This document shows, piece by piece, positions 8,540 through 17,456 of a stretch of 58,390 nucleotides of DNA. The stretch's first letter is position 1. Every line of letters starts with the position of its first letter. Source of the stretch: a virus (lineage: Duplodnaviria > Caudoviricetes); the IMG/VR virus record IMGVR_UViG_3300049259_000203, positions 1 to 58,390 of that record. One strand, given 5' to 3'. The translations under genes were made by a program, and so were the position numbers. Below the pieces are notes generated by a model. The model had not been told where the DNA came from and ran no database searches. It saw only the letters and a program-made list of their open reading frames with translations.

Positions 8540-9399
8540 CACTCGCTCACCGCCCCGACGAGCCGCGCGTACCCGGTGATCTTGTTCCAGTCGACGGGCT
8601 TGCCGTCGACCTCGATCCACGGGCTCGTGCCCTCCTTGACCGGCAGCGGGTCCATGTCCGTGCGGTCGTACGTCACGGCGTTGGGGTGCTCGCCGTCGGT
8701 GAACCACTCGACCTTCGTCGGGTCGATCTCGTAGCGGATGGCGACGTCGTCGTGGACCGCGCCGTTGACGACGACGGCGGCGACGATCGTGGCGAACAGG
8801 TCGTCCTCGTACCGCTCGCAGGTCTCGCACCGCTGGATGCGGCTGCCGTCGCCCATGCCGACGACGACGCCCTCCGCGGGGCCGTCGAGGCACGCGTCGC
8901 AGCCGATCCACACGCCGTCGGTCTTGAGCATCGCGTCGACGGCGTCCATCAGGGCGCCGAGCGCGTCGGTCGTGTCGGTCCAGCCGTCGGAGCAGCGGGC
9001 GCGGGCGGCGCGCAGGTCACGCCAGAACATCGGGTCGGCCGGCCCGTCGTGCAGCCCGCCGACGAAGCGGCGCGGCAGGTAGCTCGTGGGGTCGGCGAGC
9101 ACGCCGCGGATGCGCTCGAAGTCGACGCCGACCGGCAGGAACTTGTCGCCGGCGGCGGTCAGCAGGCGGCGCACGTAGACGACGTCGGCCGGGGTGAGCG
9201 CGGCGGCGATCTTGCAGGTGTCGCGCAGCTCCGCGAGCGCCGTCACCGCGGCGTCGGTGTTCGCGTCCAGCTCGTCGACGTCGTCCTGGCTCGACGCCGA
9301 CGGCTCGGCCATCGTGTTCAGGGCGAAGATGCCGAACGTCAGCGCCCTCACCGGTGTCAGCGGGCGCTCCACGGCCCGGTCGGTCTGCTCGTCGTTCAT
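8539..9399 (-). CDS. Hypothetical protein with Zn-ribbon
   Basis: ACAGGAGGACCCGC-ATG start; CDAC and CETC motifs. Confidence 0.7.
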   Translation of the reverse strand: MNDEQTDRAVERPLTPVRALTFGIFALNTMAEPSASSQDDVDELDANTDAAVTALAELRDTCKIAAALTPADVVYVRRLLTAAGDKFLPVGVDFERIRGVLADPTSYLPRRFVGGLHDGPADPMFWRDLRAARARCSDGWTDTTDALGALMDAVDAMLKTDGVWIGCDACLDGPAEGVVVGMGDGSRIQRCETCERYEDDLFATIVAAVVVNGAVHDDVAIRYEIDPTKVEWFTDGEHPNAVTYDRTDMDPLPVKEGTSPWIEVDGKPVDWNKITGYARLVGAVSE

Positions 9400-9917
9400 G
9401 CGGGTCCTCCTGTGGTGGTCGGGTTGTCGTTCTCGGCGAACGCGACGTCGTAGCCGAGCGCGTGGCCGAGCATCACGAACGCCTCGCGGGCGTCCGGCAG
9501 CCCGAGCAGCGCAGCCTCGGCCTTGAGCCGGTCGCACTCCTCCTCCAGCGCGTCCTCGTCCGGGCCGATCAGCTCGACATCGTGCGAGGCGCGAATCGTC
9601 TTGTCGGCGTCACCAGGGCACGTCGCCTCGCCGGCGGCGTTGACGTAGTCGCCGCCGACGACACGCTGCTCCGGGGTGAACAGGTCCGCGCCGCAGCGGC
9701 GGCAGCGGCGGTGCGGCTCGTGCTCGCACGCCTCGTTCAGCGGGCCGTCGTCGTAGCCGTACAGCGAGTGCCCGTCCACCGTGGGACCGTCAACGACCCA
9801 GCCGTCGGAACGCAGCACCAGGTACACGCCGACGCGTTCCTCGATGCCCGGGTGGCGGTGCACCGCGTCGCGGATGAACTCCATGTCCGGCGTCGTGCGG
9901 CCGGTCGGCTCGGTCAC
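9396..9917 (-). CDS. Hypothetical protein
   Basis: GTGA overlap with the upstream gene; Cys-rich centre. Confidence 0.6.
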   Translation of the reverse strand: MTEPTGRTTPDMEFIRDAVHRHPGIEERVGVYLVLRSDGWVVDGPTVDGHSLYGYDDGPLNEACEHEPHRRCRRCGADLFTPEQRVVGGDYVNAAGEATCPGDADKTIRASHDVELIGPDEDALEEECDRLKAEAALLGLPDAREAFVMLGHALGYDVAFAENDNPTTTGGPA

Positions 9918-10684
9918 GACGCGACCCGGGTCGCGATGCGCACCGCGTCGTACTCGTCGGCGGCGTACACGGTCTCGCAGAAGACCGGGTTGCCGTTCGT
10001 CCACGTCATCTCGTGGTGCCCGGGCAGGACCGCGCGGGCCAACGACGGCTCGCCCGAGTCGACGTCGGCGTCGCCGAGCACCGTGAACGGGTGCAGCTCC
10101 GTCCAGCACCAGCCGAAGCCGACCAGCCACAGCGGACGGCCGATCTCGTCGAACCGCGGCTCCACCCGCTCCGTCTCCCCGTCGTCGGTGCGGTGCAGGA
10201 CCAGGACGTCGCCCTCCCATGTCAGCAGGTCCACCGAGCCCTCGGCGCCGGTGGCGACGTCGCGGCGGTGCTCGCGGGCGAGCAGGCCGATGAGGACGTT
10301 CACGCCGCGACGGTCCAGCCACGGGCACTCCCAGCCGTTCCACCGCTCCCCGTCGGTGAACGCGAGCAGCGGCAGCGTGCGCCCGGTCGAGTCCAGCCAG
10401 TCGCCGGTCACGGCGATCGACGTGAAGCCCGGCGGCTCGTCGACCACGACCTCACCCGCCTGCGGGCTGGTCGAGACGACCTCCCACGCCAGGCCGGTCA
10501 GGTCCGCGACCAAGCGGTCGCCGGACGACACGTCCGCGAGCTCGTGGTCGGTGAACGTCAGGATGAACGGGCTGTCGTCGCCGGCGCGCACGATGCGCGG
10601 CCCGACGACGCGGTAGTCGCGGCCGGTCGCGGTGTTGCGCACCAGCGACCCGCCGGGCAGCTCCTGGAGGAGATCGACCGTCAT
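9914..10684 (-). CDS. Hypothetical protein
   Basis: MTVDLLQ start (ATGA overlap); WNGWECP..GFGWCW motifs seen in phage proteins. Confidence 0.65.
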   Translation of the reverse strand: MTVDLLQELPGGSLVRNTATGRDYRVVGPRIVRAGDDSPFILTFTDHELADVSSGDRLVADLTGLAWEVVSTSPQAGEVVVDEPPGFTSIAVTGDWLDSTGRTLPLLAFTDGERWNGWECPWLDRRGVNVLIGLLAREHRRDVATGAEGSVDLLTWEGDVLVLHRTDDGETERVEPRFDEIGRPLWLVGFGWCWTELHPFTVLGDADVDSGEPSLARAVLPGHHEMTWTNGNPVFCETVYAADEYDAVRIATRVAS

Positions 10685-10914
10685 CGGGTCGCCTCCACCG
10701 CGTACCCGCTGCCGTCGACGCGGACCGCGTTCTCCAGCGCCTCGGCGATGCGGTCGATGTCGTCGGCCTGGCCGGCGAGGTACGGCTCGTCGGGCGCGGT
10801 GACGTCGCGGAGGCGACGGGCCGCACCGCGAAGGCGCTGCGACAGCGTGGGGAGCCCGTTCGGCGGCTCGGTGTCGATCGACACCAGCTCGACGGGCAGA
10901 GTGACGTGGCTCAT
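10681..10914 (-). CDS. Hypothetical protein
   Basis: First gene after a promoter repeat, with the GGAGGACCCGC-ATG motif. Confidence 0.7.
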   Translation of the reverse strand: MSHVTLPVELVSIDTEPPNGLPTLSQRLRGAARRLRDVTAPDEPYLAGQADDIDRIAEALENAVRVDGSGYAVEATR

Positions 10915-10937
10915 GCGGGTCCTCCAGTGAGAGGTTG

Positions 10938-10986
10938 TGTCTGTACATACATTATGAACATCGGGCCGGTCGGCGTACAGGGGTTT
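10938..10986 (-). promoter_or_regulatory. Repeated phage promoter with overlapping operator
   Basis: TGTACG-17 nt-CATAAT-GTATGTACAGACA. Confidence 0.75.
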
Positions 10987-11007
10987 GGGCAGAAAGACCC
11001 GTCGATT

Positions 11008-11244
11008 TCAGCGCACGGCGGTCAGCCGGACGGCCTGCTGCGCGCGCTGCGAGAGCCGGTACGTCGTCTCCGCGCCACCGCCCTCCGCGATCAGCAGCCC
11101 GCGCTTCACCAGCGCGAACACCGCGACGTCGGCGCCGTGCCCTTCGCCGAGCACCGCGACGACGTCGGCAAGCCGCAGCGGGCCGCCCTCCAGGGTGCGA
11201 AGGACGGCCCGCTGCTTCGGGGTGAGCCTCACCGGCCGAGCCAC
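11008..11244 (-). CDS. Small winged-helix DNA-binding protein
   Basis: LTPKQRAVLRTL..LVKRGLL..YRLS wHTH pattern. Confidence 0.6.
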   Translation of the reverse strand: MARPVRLTPKQRAVLRTLEGGPLRLADVVAVLGEGHGADVAVFALVKRGLLIAEGGGAETTYRLSQRAQQAVRLTAVR

Positions 11245-11254
11245 GAGTTGCCGC

Positions 11255-11872
11255 TCACGGGACCGCCGCCTCGGCCGCGGCGAGTTCGGCCTCCAGCGCC
11301 TCGGCCTTGCTGCGGTCGTGCAGGTTCCCCGGGGTCACGCCGGCGCGGTCGAGCTCGGCGCACACGAGCGCGACGCCCTTCACGAGCATCACGCCGGGCA
11401 GTACGTCGTCCGGCTTCCACGCGTCGACGCCCCACGGCCAGGCCGTCGGGATCAGGTCGGCGTCGGCGGTGCCGTCGGTGCCCGGCCGGCGGTAGTGGTG
11501 GTCCGGGTCCAGCGGGAAGCCGCCGAGGATCGTGACCGCACGGTCGATGTAGCAGGCGCCGGCGTGCGCCAGCTCGCCCGGCTGGTGCTCGCGGTCGTGC
11601 TCGGCGTCGTAGCCCTCCTCGAGGACCTGGCGGGCGCGTTCCATCGCGACGCACGCGATCGACGGGAAGCCCTCACCGGCGAACGCGGCCGCGCCGGCGA
11701 GCTCCTGGAGCGCGACGATGCGGTCGGCGGCGACGGTCAGCAGCGACGCCTCCCGCGTCGGGCAGGTGTCGGCCTCGCCGAGGGCGCTCCGCTGCGCGGC
11801 CGCGGCGTCGAGCAGCTCGGCCGCTACCTGGTCGGACGCGGTGCGTGCGGCGGCCGCTTCGGGTTCGGTCAT
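11255..11872 (-). CDS. Conserved phage protein (ERxRQ..HD..GELA..WPW..WKP domain)
   Basis: ERARQVLEEGYDAEHD..GELAHAGACY..WPW..WKP..LVKGVALVCAELDR is a widespread phage domain. Confidence 0.7.
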   Translation of the reverse strand: MTEPEAAAARTASDQVAAELLDAAAAQRSALGEADTCPTREASLLTVAADRIVALQELAGAAAFAGEGFPSIACVAMERARQVLEEGYDAEHDREHQPGELAHAGACYIDRAVTILGGFPLDPDHHYRRPGTDGTADADLIPTAWPWGVDAWKPDDVLPGVMLVKGVALVCAELDRAGVTPGNLHDRSKAEALEAELAAAEAAVP

Positions 11873-12237
11873 GCGGGTTCTCCTGTCTGGACGGGCGTCG
11901 CGGCGGGGAGCCGCGACGAGTCGGCGGGCACGGTCGCCGCGACGAGCGCGCCGTGCGGGTTGTCGCGCAGGAACCGGAGCAGCTTCGCGCGCTGGTCGTT
12001 CGCGGCGACCTTGTCGGTGAGCAGCTCGATCCCCTCGCGGGCGGCGTACACGCGGACGGTGATCGGCCCGGCGATCGCCGCGCCGACGAGCTTCGCCGCG
12101 TGGTCGCCGGCCAGGGACTTCGCGCGGGCGGTCGCCTCCGCGTCGTCCGCGTCCGCGACGACGGCGAACGACGTGCCGAGCGTGATCTTCCGGCGCGGCC
12201 GCCGGTCCCGGTTCTTGAGCCGCTTCCCCTTGCCCAT
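11869..12237 (-). CDS. Hypothetical protein
   Basis: Start and stop coupled to neighbours. Confidence 0.6.
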   Translation of the reverse strand: MGKGKRLKNRDRRPRRKITLGTSFAVVADADDAEATARAKSLAGDHAAKLVGAAIAGPITVRVYAAREGIELLTDKVAANDQRAKLLRFLRDNPHGALVAATVPADSSRLPAATPVQTGEPA

Positions 12238-12566
12238 CAGCAGTCCCGGCCGGCGCGGGCGGCGTCGACGACCGCGACGACGACACCGGCGATCGGTACG
12301 CCGTGCACCGCGCCGAGCACGAGGCCCTCGACCATGTGCTCCAGGACCTCGCGGCAGTGGCAGCCGGGCTGGTGGACGGCGTGGTCGGTGTCCGCGTCGA
12401 ACGCGTCCTGTAGCGCGGCCGGGTCGGTGACGAAGTCGAGGCGCTCCACCGCCCGCAGGCGCATCCCGCGGCTGATGAGGATGTTCGGCAGCCGGTCCCG
12501 GACGTACGTCTCGTCGTACGGCGCGAGGTACACGGGCAGCGGCAGCAGCATGGTCGGGTGCGGCAT
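12237..12566 (-). CDS. Hypothetical protein
   Basis: AGGAGG RBS before MPHPTML. Confidence 0.6.
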   Translation of the reverse strand: MPHPTMLLPLPVYLAPYDETYVRDRLPNILISRGMRLRAVERLDFVTDPAALQDAFDADTDHAVHQPGCHCREVLEHMVEGLVLGAVHGVPIAGVVVAVVDAARAGRDC

Positions 12567-12574
12567 CGGCCCTC

Positions 12575-14143
12575 CTAGCCGAACAGCGTCGTGCCGGCGG
12601 CGCCCGTGACGAACGCGTCCGGGTCCGGCGCGGCCGCCACGAGCGGGTCGAGGGTAGCCGCAGCGGGCTCGGCCTGCTCGCGCGCCCACGCCCCGCCGTC
12701 CGGGTTCTCGAGCCGGTGCTGCGTCAGCAGCCGGTTCACGAACGACAGGCCGCCGACGTCGAGGACGTGCATCGCCCGGGTGACGCTCACGTACGCGAGC
12801 ATCTGCTCCTCGCGGGTCATCGCCCGGTCGCTGTGGTCCGGGTCCTGAAAGTCGTTGCCGATCGCGACCGACGACCACTCCCGGCCCTTCGCCTTGTGCG
12901 CCGTCGACACGACCAGGTCGGCGTCCTTCTCCTCGATCAGCCGCGACGTCGCGCGGATCACCGCCTCCGGCCCGTGCTCGTCGATCAGCTTCACGAACAC
13001 CGCGAGGTCGCGGCCGCCGTGGTCCTCCCCCACGTACTGCTGGACCTCGCCCCACGTCTGGAACGCGAACAGCTCCGGGTGCGAGCAGCCGCGGCCCGCC
13101 TTGAGCTCGATCGACGCCTCGGCGAGCGCCTTCGCCTGCTCGCCGCCGCCGACCAGCGCCACCTTCCGTCCCTGCGCGTGCGCCTCCATCACCCGCGCGA
13201 TCGCGCCGGCGTTCGTGCGGCACAGCACCGCGTCGGTGTCGCCGAGGCCGACGCCGACGACGGACTCGATCGGCGGGTGGCCCTCGACCCGCAGCCGCGC
13301 GTCGAGCAGCTCCAGCCACTTGTTCGCCTCGCCGGCGATGCGCGGCCCGAACCGGAACGAGCGGGTCAGCGCGAGCCGGCGGTCCGCGACGAACGTGCTC
13401 ATCGCGTCCTGCGCGCCGCGCCACCCGTAGATCGCCTGGCACGCGTCGCCGACCATCACCTGCTGCGCGTGGTCCTGGCTCTGCACGATGTAGGCGATGA
13501 CCGGGTTGGCGTCCTGCGCCTCGTCGAGCAGCACGAAGTCGAACGGCAGGTGCGGGTCGGTGAGCGACCACAGCTTGAGGTACACGTCGTGGTCGAACCG
13601 CAGCGACCCGCCTGGGTTCCGCAGGTCCAGCCACGCCCGCTCCGCGAGCGGCAGCACCAGGTCGGCGACCTCCCGCGCCAGGTCCGACTCCTCGAGGCCG
13701 TTGACGCCGGGGACGTGCCGCACCGCGAGCTCGCGGTCAGCGGAGTTGCAGAACCGGCCCACCGTCTCCATGACGAGCCGCGCGACCCGCGGCGGTGGGA
13801 TCGCCCGCCCGCCGATCCGCGCCGAGGAGTTGATCCGCAGCAGCTCGGCGGTCTTCCACGTCGGCTGCCGGCCCGCGTTCAGCCGGTGCTTGTACGGCCC
13901 GGCGACGGCCCGGTAGGCGAGCGAGTGCGCGGTCGCGCACTCCACGTTCGGCGGGAACGACCTCTTGGCGTCCGTCGCGATCGCCCGGTTGTACGCGACG
14001 TACACGCCGCGGCGGTGCGGCGTCGCCTTCGCCAGGAGCTTGAGCGTCGTCGTCTTCCCGGACCCGGCCGCGGCCTCCAGGACGAGCGACCCGCCCGTCC
14101 TGAACGCGTCGACCGCGGCCTGCTGCTCGGCGGTGGGCTGCAT
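12575..14143 (-). CDS. UvrD/Rep-family (SF1) DNA helicase
   Basis: Q-motif PTAEQ, AAAGSGKTT, LLDEAQD, VGDACQAIYGWRGA, LTRSFRFG, STAHKAKGREW, YVSVTRA. Confidence 0.92.
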   Translation of the reverse strand: MQPTAEQQAAVDAFRTGGSLVLEAAAGSGKTTTLKLLAKATPHRRGVYVAYNRAIATDAKRSFPPNVECATAHSLAYRAVAGPYKHRLNAGRQPTWKTAELLRINSSARIGGRAIPPPRVARLVMETVGRFCNSADRELAVRHVPGVNGLEESDLAREVADLVLPLAERAWLDLRNPGGSLRFDHDVYLKLWSLTDPHLPFDFVLLDEAQDANPVIAYIVQSQDHAQQVMVGDACQAIYGWRGAQDAMSTFVADRRLALTRSFRFGPRIAGEANKWLELLDARLRVEGHPPIESVVGVGLGDTDAVLCRTNAGAIARVMEAHAQGRKVALVGGGEQAKALAEASIELKAGRGCSHPELFAFQTWGEVQQYVGEDHGGRDLAVFVKLIDEHGPEAVIRATSRLIEEKDADLVVSTAHKAKGREWSSVAIGNDFQDPDHSDRAMTREEQMLAYVSVTRAMHVLDVGGLSFVNRLLTQHRLENPDGGAWAREQAEPAAATLDPLVAAAPDPDAFVTGAAGTTLFG

Positions 14144-14601
14144 CAGTCGTCGTCCCCCTGCGCGAAGTCGTGAGGCTGGTTGCCCTGGCACAGCGGCGCC
14201 GCGACGTCGCCCGGCGTGTCCCCGCAGGTTCGGCAGACCGGCGCCGGCGCGACCGCGTCGATGATCGTCGCCAGCGCGTCCGGGATCGTGGAGTGGTCGA
14301 TCGCGCCGGCGATGCGCTGCACCTGGTCGTCGGTCAGCGTCCGGCCGGCCTGCGCCTCCAGGTCGCCCACCGTCCGGCGGTACACGATCTCGTCCTCGCG
14401 GCGGCCGCACTTCTCGACCACCGCGGCGCGGACCCGGTCCGACCAGGCGATCAGCTCCTCGGGGGTGCCCTCCACGACGACGCCGTCGCCGAGGCACAGG
14501 CCGAAGCGGCCCGGGTCCAGCCGCGTCCCGTGGTCGTCGACGACGTCGTCGGTGACGTACAGCACCTGGGTCGCGTCGACCCACTCGATCCGGTTGCTCA
14601 T
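14143..14601 (-). CDS. Hypothetical protein
   Basis: CACAGGAGGACCCGC-ATG start (MSNRIEW). Confidence 0.7.
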   Translation of the reverse strand: MSNRIEWVDATQVLYVTDDVVDDHGTRLDPGRFGLCLGDGVVVEGTPEELIAWSDRVRAAVVEKCGRREDEIVYRRTVGDLEAQAGRTLTDDQVQRIAGAIDHSTIPDALATIIDAVAPAPVCRTCGDTPGDVAAPLCQGNQPHDFAQGDDD

Positions 14602-15119
14602 GCGGGTCCTCCTGTGGGAGTCGGGTCGGGCGCGAACGCGCCCTCGTGCAACGTGCGCGCGGCCCAGCCGGCGCAGTAGTCGGCGGGGGTGCCGTCGGCA
14701 CGGTACGGCACGCCGTCCCGGGTCGGCGGCGTGTACTCCAGGCCGCTCGCGAGTATGCCAACGCCGGCCGGGTGCAGGTAGCCGACCGGGCGGCGGATGC
14801 CCTGGTGGCACCAGAACGGCGTGCCGTCGCGCACGAGCTGGTCGAGCAGGTCCTGATCTCCGGCCGCCTGCGGGTGGCCGCTGCGCTCCGGGCTGCCCGG
14901 CCGGTACGCGCAGTCGACGCACATCGCGTCCGCGACCGTCGGCGAGAGCCCGTCGACGATCGGGCGCTGCTCCTCGGCGAACACCGGCTCCCAGCAGGTG
15001 CAGCGCCCGGCGCCGCCCATCGCCATGCCGGCGCAGCAGTACACGTCGCCGAGGTCGGGCAGCCGCGAGTCGCTCACCGCGACGTGCACCGGTCGTTCTC
15101 CGTTCGGGCCGCGTCGCAC
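14598..15119 (-). CDS. Cys-rich putative metal-binding protein
   Basis: CVDCAYRPGSPE..FWCH..CAGW motifs; start position uncertain. Confidence 0.6.
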   Translation of the reverse strand: MRRGPNGERPVHVAVSDSRLPDLGDVYCCAGMAMGGAGRCTCWEPVFAEEQRPIVDGLSPTVADAMCVDCAYRPGSPERSGHPQAAGDQDLLDQLVRDGTPFWCHQGIRRPVGYLHPAGVGILASGLEYTPPTRDGVPYRADGTPADYCAGWAARTLHEGAFAPDPTPTGGPA

Positions 15120-15121
15120 CG

Positions 15122-15517
15122 TCAGCCGATCCCCTCGGGCGCCTGCTCGGCCCAATCGCCGGCCGTGCTCAACACACCCGGCCGGGTGCCGAGCGTCGAG
15201 CACATCGCGCGGGCCCGCACCGTCGCCGTCGCCAGGTCCTCCGCCCGGAACGAGATGTGCAGCGCGGGCTCGTCGTACGGCCCGCCGGAGAGCGGCTCGC
15301 ACCACTGCTGCCACGAGTCGCCGCCGATGACCTCGTACACACCGAGGCAGGTCACCGCCGCGTCGCGGAGCTCCTCGATCGAGCGCCGGCCGGTCGCCGC
15401 GACGTGCAGCGTCCACACCTTCGCGGTCTCAAGCGCGTCGTCGCCGGGGCCGTCGCCGCGGGTCTCGCCGTCGTAGAAGCCGTCGAGCGTGAACCGCTCC
15501 CGGTCGGTGGCCGGCAT
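15122..15517 (-). CDS. Hypothetical protein
   Basis: MPATDRE start coupled to the upstream stop. Confidence 0.6.
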   Translation of the reverse strand: MPATDRERFTLDGFYDGETRGDGPGDDALETAKVWTLHVAATGRRSIEELRDAAVTCLGVYEVIGGDSWQQWCEPLSGGPYDEPALHISFRAEDLATATVRARAMCSTLGTRPGVLSTAGDWAEQAPEGIG

Positions 15518-15702
15518 CACGACGTCACCCGGGCGGTGAGGTCCGCCGCGCGCTGCCGCAGCATCGTCGCGGCGTCGCGCTGGCCGGTGCGGTCGGCGAG
15601 GGCCGCCGCGGCGCGGAGCTCGTCGGCTTCGCGTGTGAGCTGCTCGCGGGTCGGTCGGTTGCTCATCTTCGGGTCCTCCTGTGAGAGGGGCTCGGACCCC
15701 AC
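15517..15702 (-). CDS. Small helical hypothetical protein (alternative start at 15666)
   Basis: Two in-frame starts, each preceded by AGGAGGACCC. Confidence 0.6.
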   Translation of the reverse strand: MGSEPLSQEDPKMSNRPTREQLTREADELRAAAALADRTGQRDAATMLRQRAADLTARVTS

Positions 15703-15726
15703 GGGTCCTCCTCGTTAGTCGTGCAA

Positions 15727-15775
15727 GGTCTGTACATACATTATGAACGACGGGGCGGGCGGCGTACATGGTTTC
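15727..15775 (-). promoter_or_regulatory. Repeated phage promoter with overlapping operator
   Basis: TGTACG-17 nt-CATAAT-GTATGTACAGACC. Confidence 0.75.
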
Positions 15776-15789
15776 CGGCAGATAGGCTG

Positions 15790-16161
15790 TCAGTATTCGA
15801 CGGTCCGGGTCGGCGGGCCAAGGCCGCCCCCCTCGGCGTCGACGGCGAACGCAGCCTCGTCGCCGAGCTCGATCGCCTCGTACGCGAACGCCCGGTCGGC
15901 GTCGCCGACGAAGCAGCACAGCGGGTACCACTCGACCAGCACCGCGGCCGCCATGCGCATGTCCGCCTTCGTGCCGCGCGCCGGGTCGTGCCCGACGGCC
16001 CGCGCGAACCGCGCGTCGAGCAGCGTCCGCTCGAACAGCCGCGCGGTGCCCGCCCCGACACCGCGCGGGTACCGCGCCCGGAACGGCTCCAGATGCCGCG
16101 GGCACCACACCTTGAGCACGTCGAGCTGGACGTTCGGGCGGTCAGGCGGCGAGCCGCTCAT
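15790..16161 (-). CDS. Hypothetical protein
   Basis: ORF directly after dam; WCPRH and PLCC motifs. Confidence 0.55.
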   Translation of the reverse strand: MSGSPPDRPNVQLDVLKVWCPRHLEPFRARYPRGVGAGTARLFERTLLDARFARAVGHDPARGTKADMRMAAAVLVEWYPLCCFVGDADRAFAYEAIELGDEAAFAVDAEGGGLGPPTRTVEY

Positions 16162-17029
16162 CTACTCGCCCCCCCCCCCCCCCGGCTTCGAGTCGGAGCT
16201 GCGTCATCAGCGGACGGTTGCACCAGAGGACCTCCGTCGCGCGGATCGTCGGCTGCCCGCGGCGGTTCCCGGCCGACGCGGTGACCTGCCGCTCGGAGAC
16301 GGACCACCCTTCGTACAGCTCGTCGTAGAGCGGCGAGTGGTACCCGGACAGCATCACCGTCGCTGGCGTCGCAGCGAGAGCCGCGGCGAGCTCGCGGTGC
16401 TGCTCCTCGGTGCTCATGTCGTGCAGGTAGTCGTTCGCGCGGAACCGCCGGCTCGACTGCGTACGCCGTCGCGTCGACGCCAGATACGGCGGGTCGATGT
16501 ACATGAGCACGTCGGAGCGCCGCCCGTACAGCTCGATCGCCTCGATCGCCGGCCGGTTGTCGATGATGACCCCGCGCAGACGCTCGGCGGCCTCGTGCAT
16601 CCGGTCGACCATCCGCTGCACCGCCCACGCGTCCGACCCGCCGTTGCGGATACTCGCCGACCAGGAGCTCCGGTGGCTGTCGGACGTCGCGCCGGAGAAC
16701 GCCTGCACGATGCGGACCCACGTCCGACGCGCCCGCTCGACGTCGTCCTCGACGTCGCGGTCGTCGCACGCGGCGAACTCGTCGCGGGCGTACGGCGTGA
16801 GCCGGCAGACGCGGACCAGGTCGTCCGGCCGGTCGCGGAGCACCCGCAGGAACGTCACCAGGTGCCCGTCGATGTCGTTCACGACCTCATGCGCCACCGG
16901 CCGCTTCGCGAACAGCACCGACGCCGCGCCGCAGAACGGCTCGACGTACGCGTCGTGCGGCGGCATCAGCGACACGATCCACGGCGCGATACGCGTCTTC
17001 CCGCCGTAGTAGTTGATCGGCGGCTTCAT
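16142..17029 (-). CDS. DNA adenine methyltransferase (Dam/D12 class)
   Basis: YYGGK, YVEPFCGAASV, EVVND, YIDPPY, MLSGY, TEVLWCN. Confidence 0.93.
   Translation of the reverse strand: MKPPINYYGGKTRIAPWIVSLMPPHDAYVEPFCGAASVLFAKRPVAHEVVNDIDGHLVTFLRVLRDRPDDLVRVCRLTPYARDEFAACDDRDVEDDVERARRTWVRIVQAFSGATSDSHRSSWSASIRNGGSDAWAVQRMVDRMHEAAERLRGVIIDNRPAIEAIELYGRRSDVLMYIDPPYLASTRRRTQSSRRFRANDYLHDMSTEEQHRELAAALAATPATVMLSGYHSPLYDELYEGWSVSERQVTASAGNRRGQPTIRATEVLWCNRPLMTQLRLEAGGGGGRVDERLAA
16169..16183. repeat. C15 homopolymer (G15 on the coding strand)
   Basis: Fifteen consecutive C at the 3' end of the dam gene. Confidence 0.9.
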
Positions 17030-17268
17030 GTCTCGTCGCCGTGCCCGATCGAGAGGACCGCCCCGTCCGGGAACACGACGCTCGTGCGGGGCGGCCCGGT
17101 CGCGGTCATCACGGTGTGCAGGACGGCCCCGTCGGCGAGCGCGATCAGTCCCTCACCGGTGGCGAGCACTTGACCGACCAGGTCGGCGTGCGCCTCACGG
17201 ACCCGGGCGATCAGCTCGGGATCGTTCGTCGCCCGCTCGACGAACTCGGCGCGCTCCTCCGGCGTCAC
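17026..17268 (-). CDS. Hypothetical protein
   Basis: GTGA/ATGA overlaps with flanking genes. Confidence 0.5.
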   Translation of the reverse strand: MTPEERAEFVERATNDPELIARVREAHADLVGQVLATGEGLIALADGAVLHTVMTATGPPRTSVVFPDGAVLSIGHGDET

Positions 17269-17456
17269 GACGCCGACCCTCCCCACATCTTGATGCACCG
17301 CCGGCATGAGGCGCTGCCGTCGACCTCGCGGATGCGTCGCGTCCTCGGGTGGCCGGCGCCGCACAGCGGCCAGAGCCCGCCGCCGAGCAGCGACCGCGCG
17401 TAGTGCCGCGCGCCACCGGTGCGCACGGTGACGACGATGCGCGGCAACCTCAGCAC
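17265..17456 (-). CDS. Small Zn-binding hypothetical protein
   Basis: H..PLCG..CRRC pattern. Confidence 0.5.
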   Translation of the reverse strand: MLRLPRIVVTVRTGGARHYARSLLGGGLWPLCGAGHPRTRRIREVDGSASCRRCIKMWGGSAS

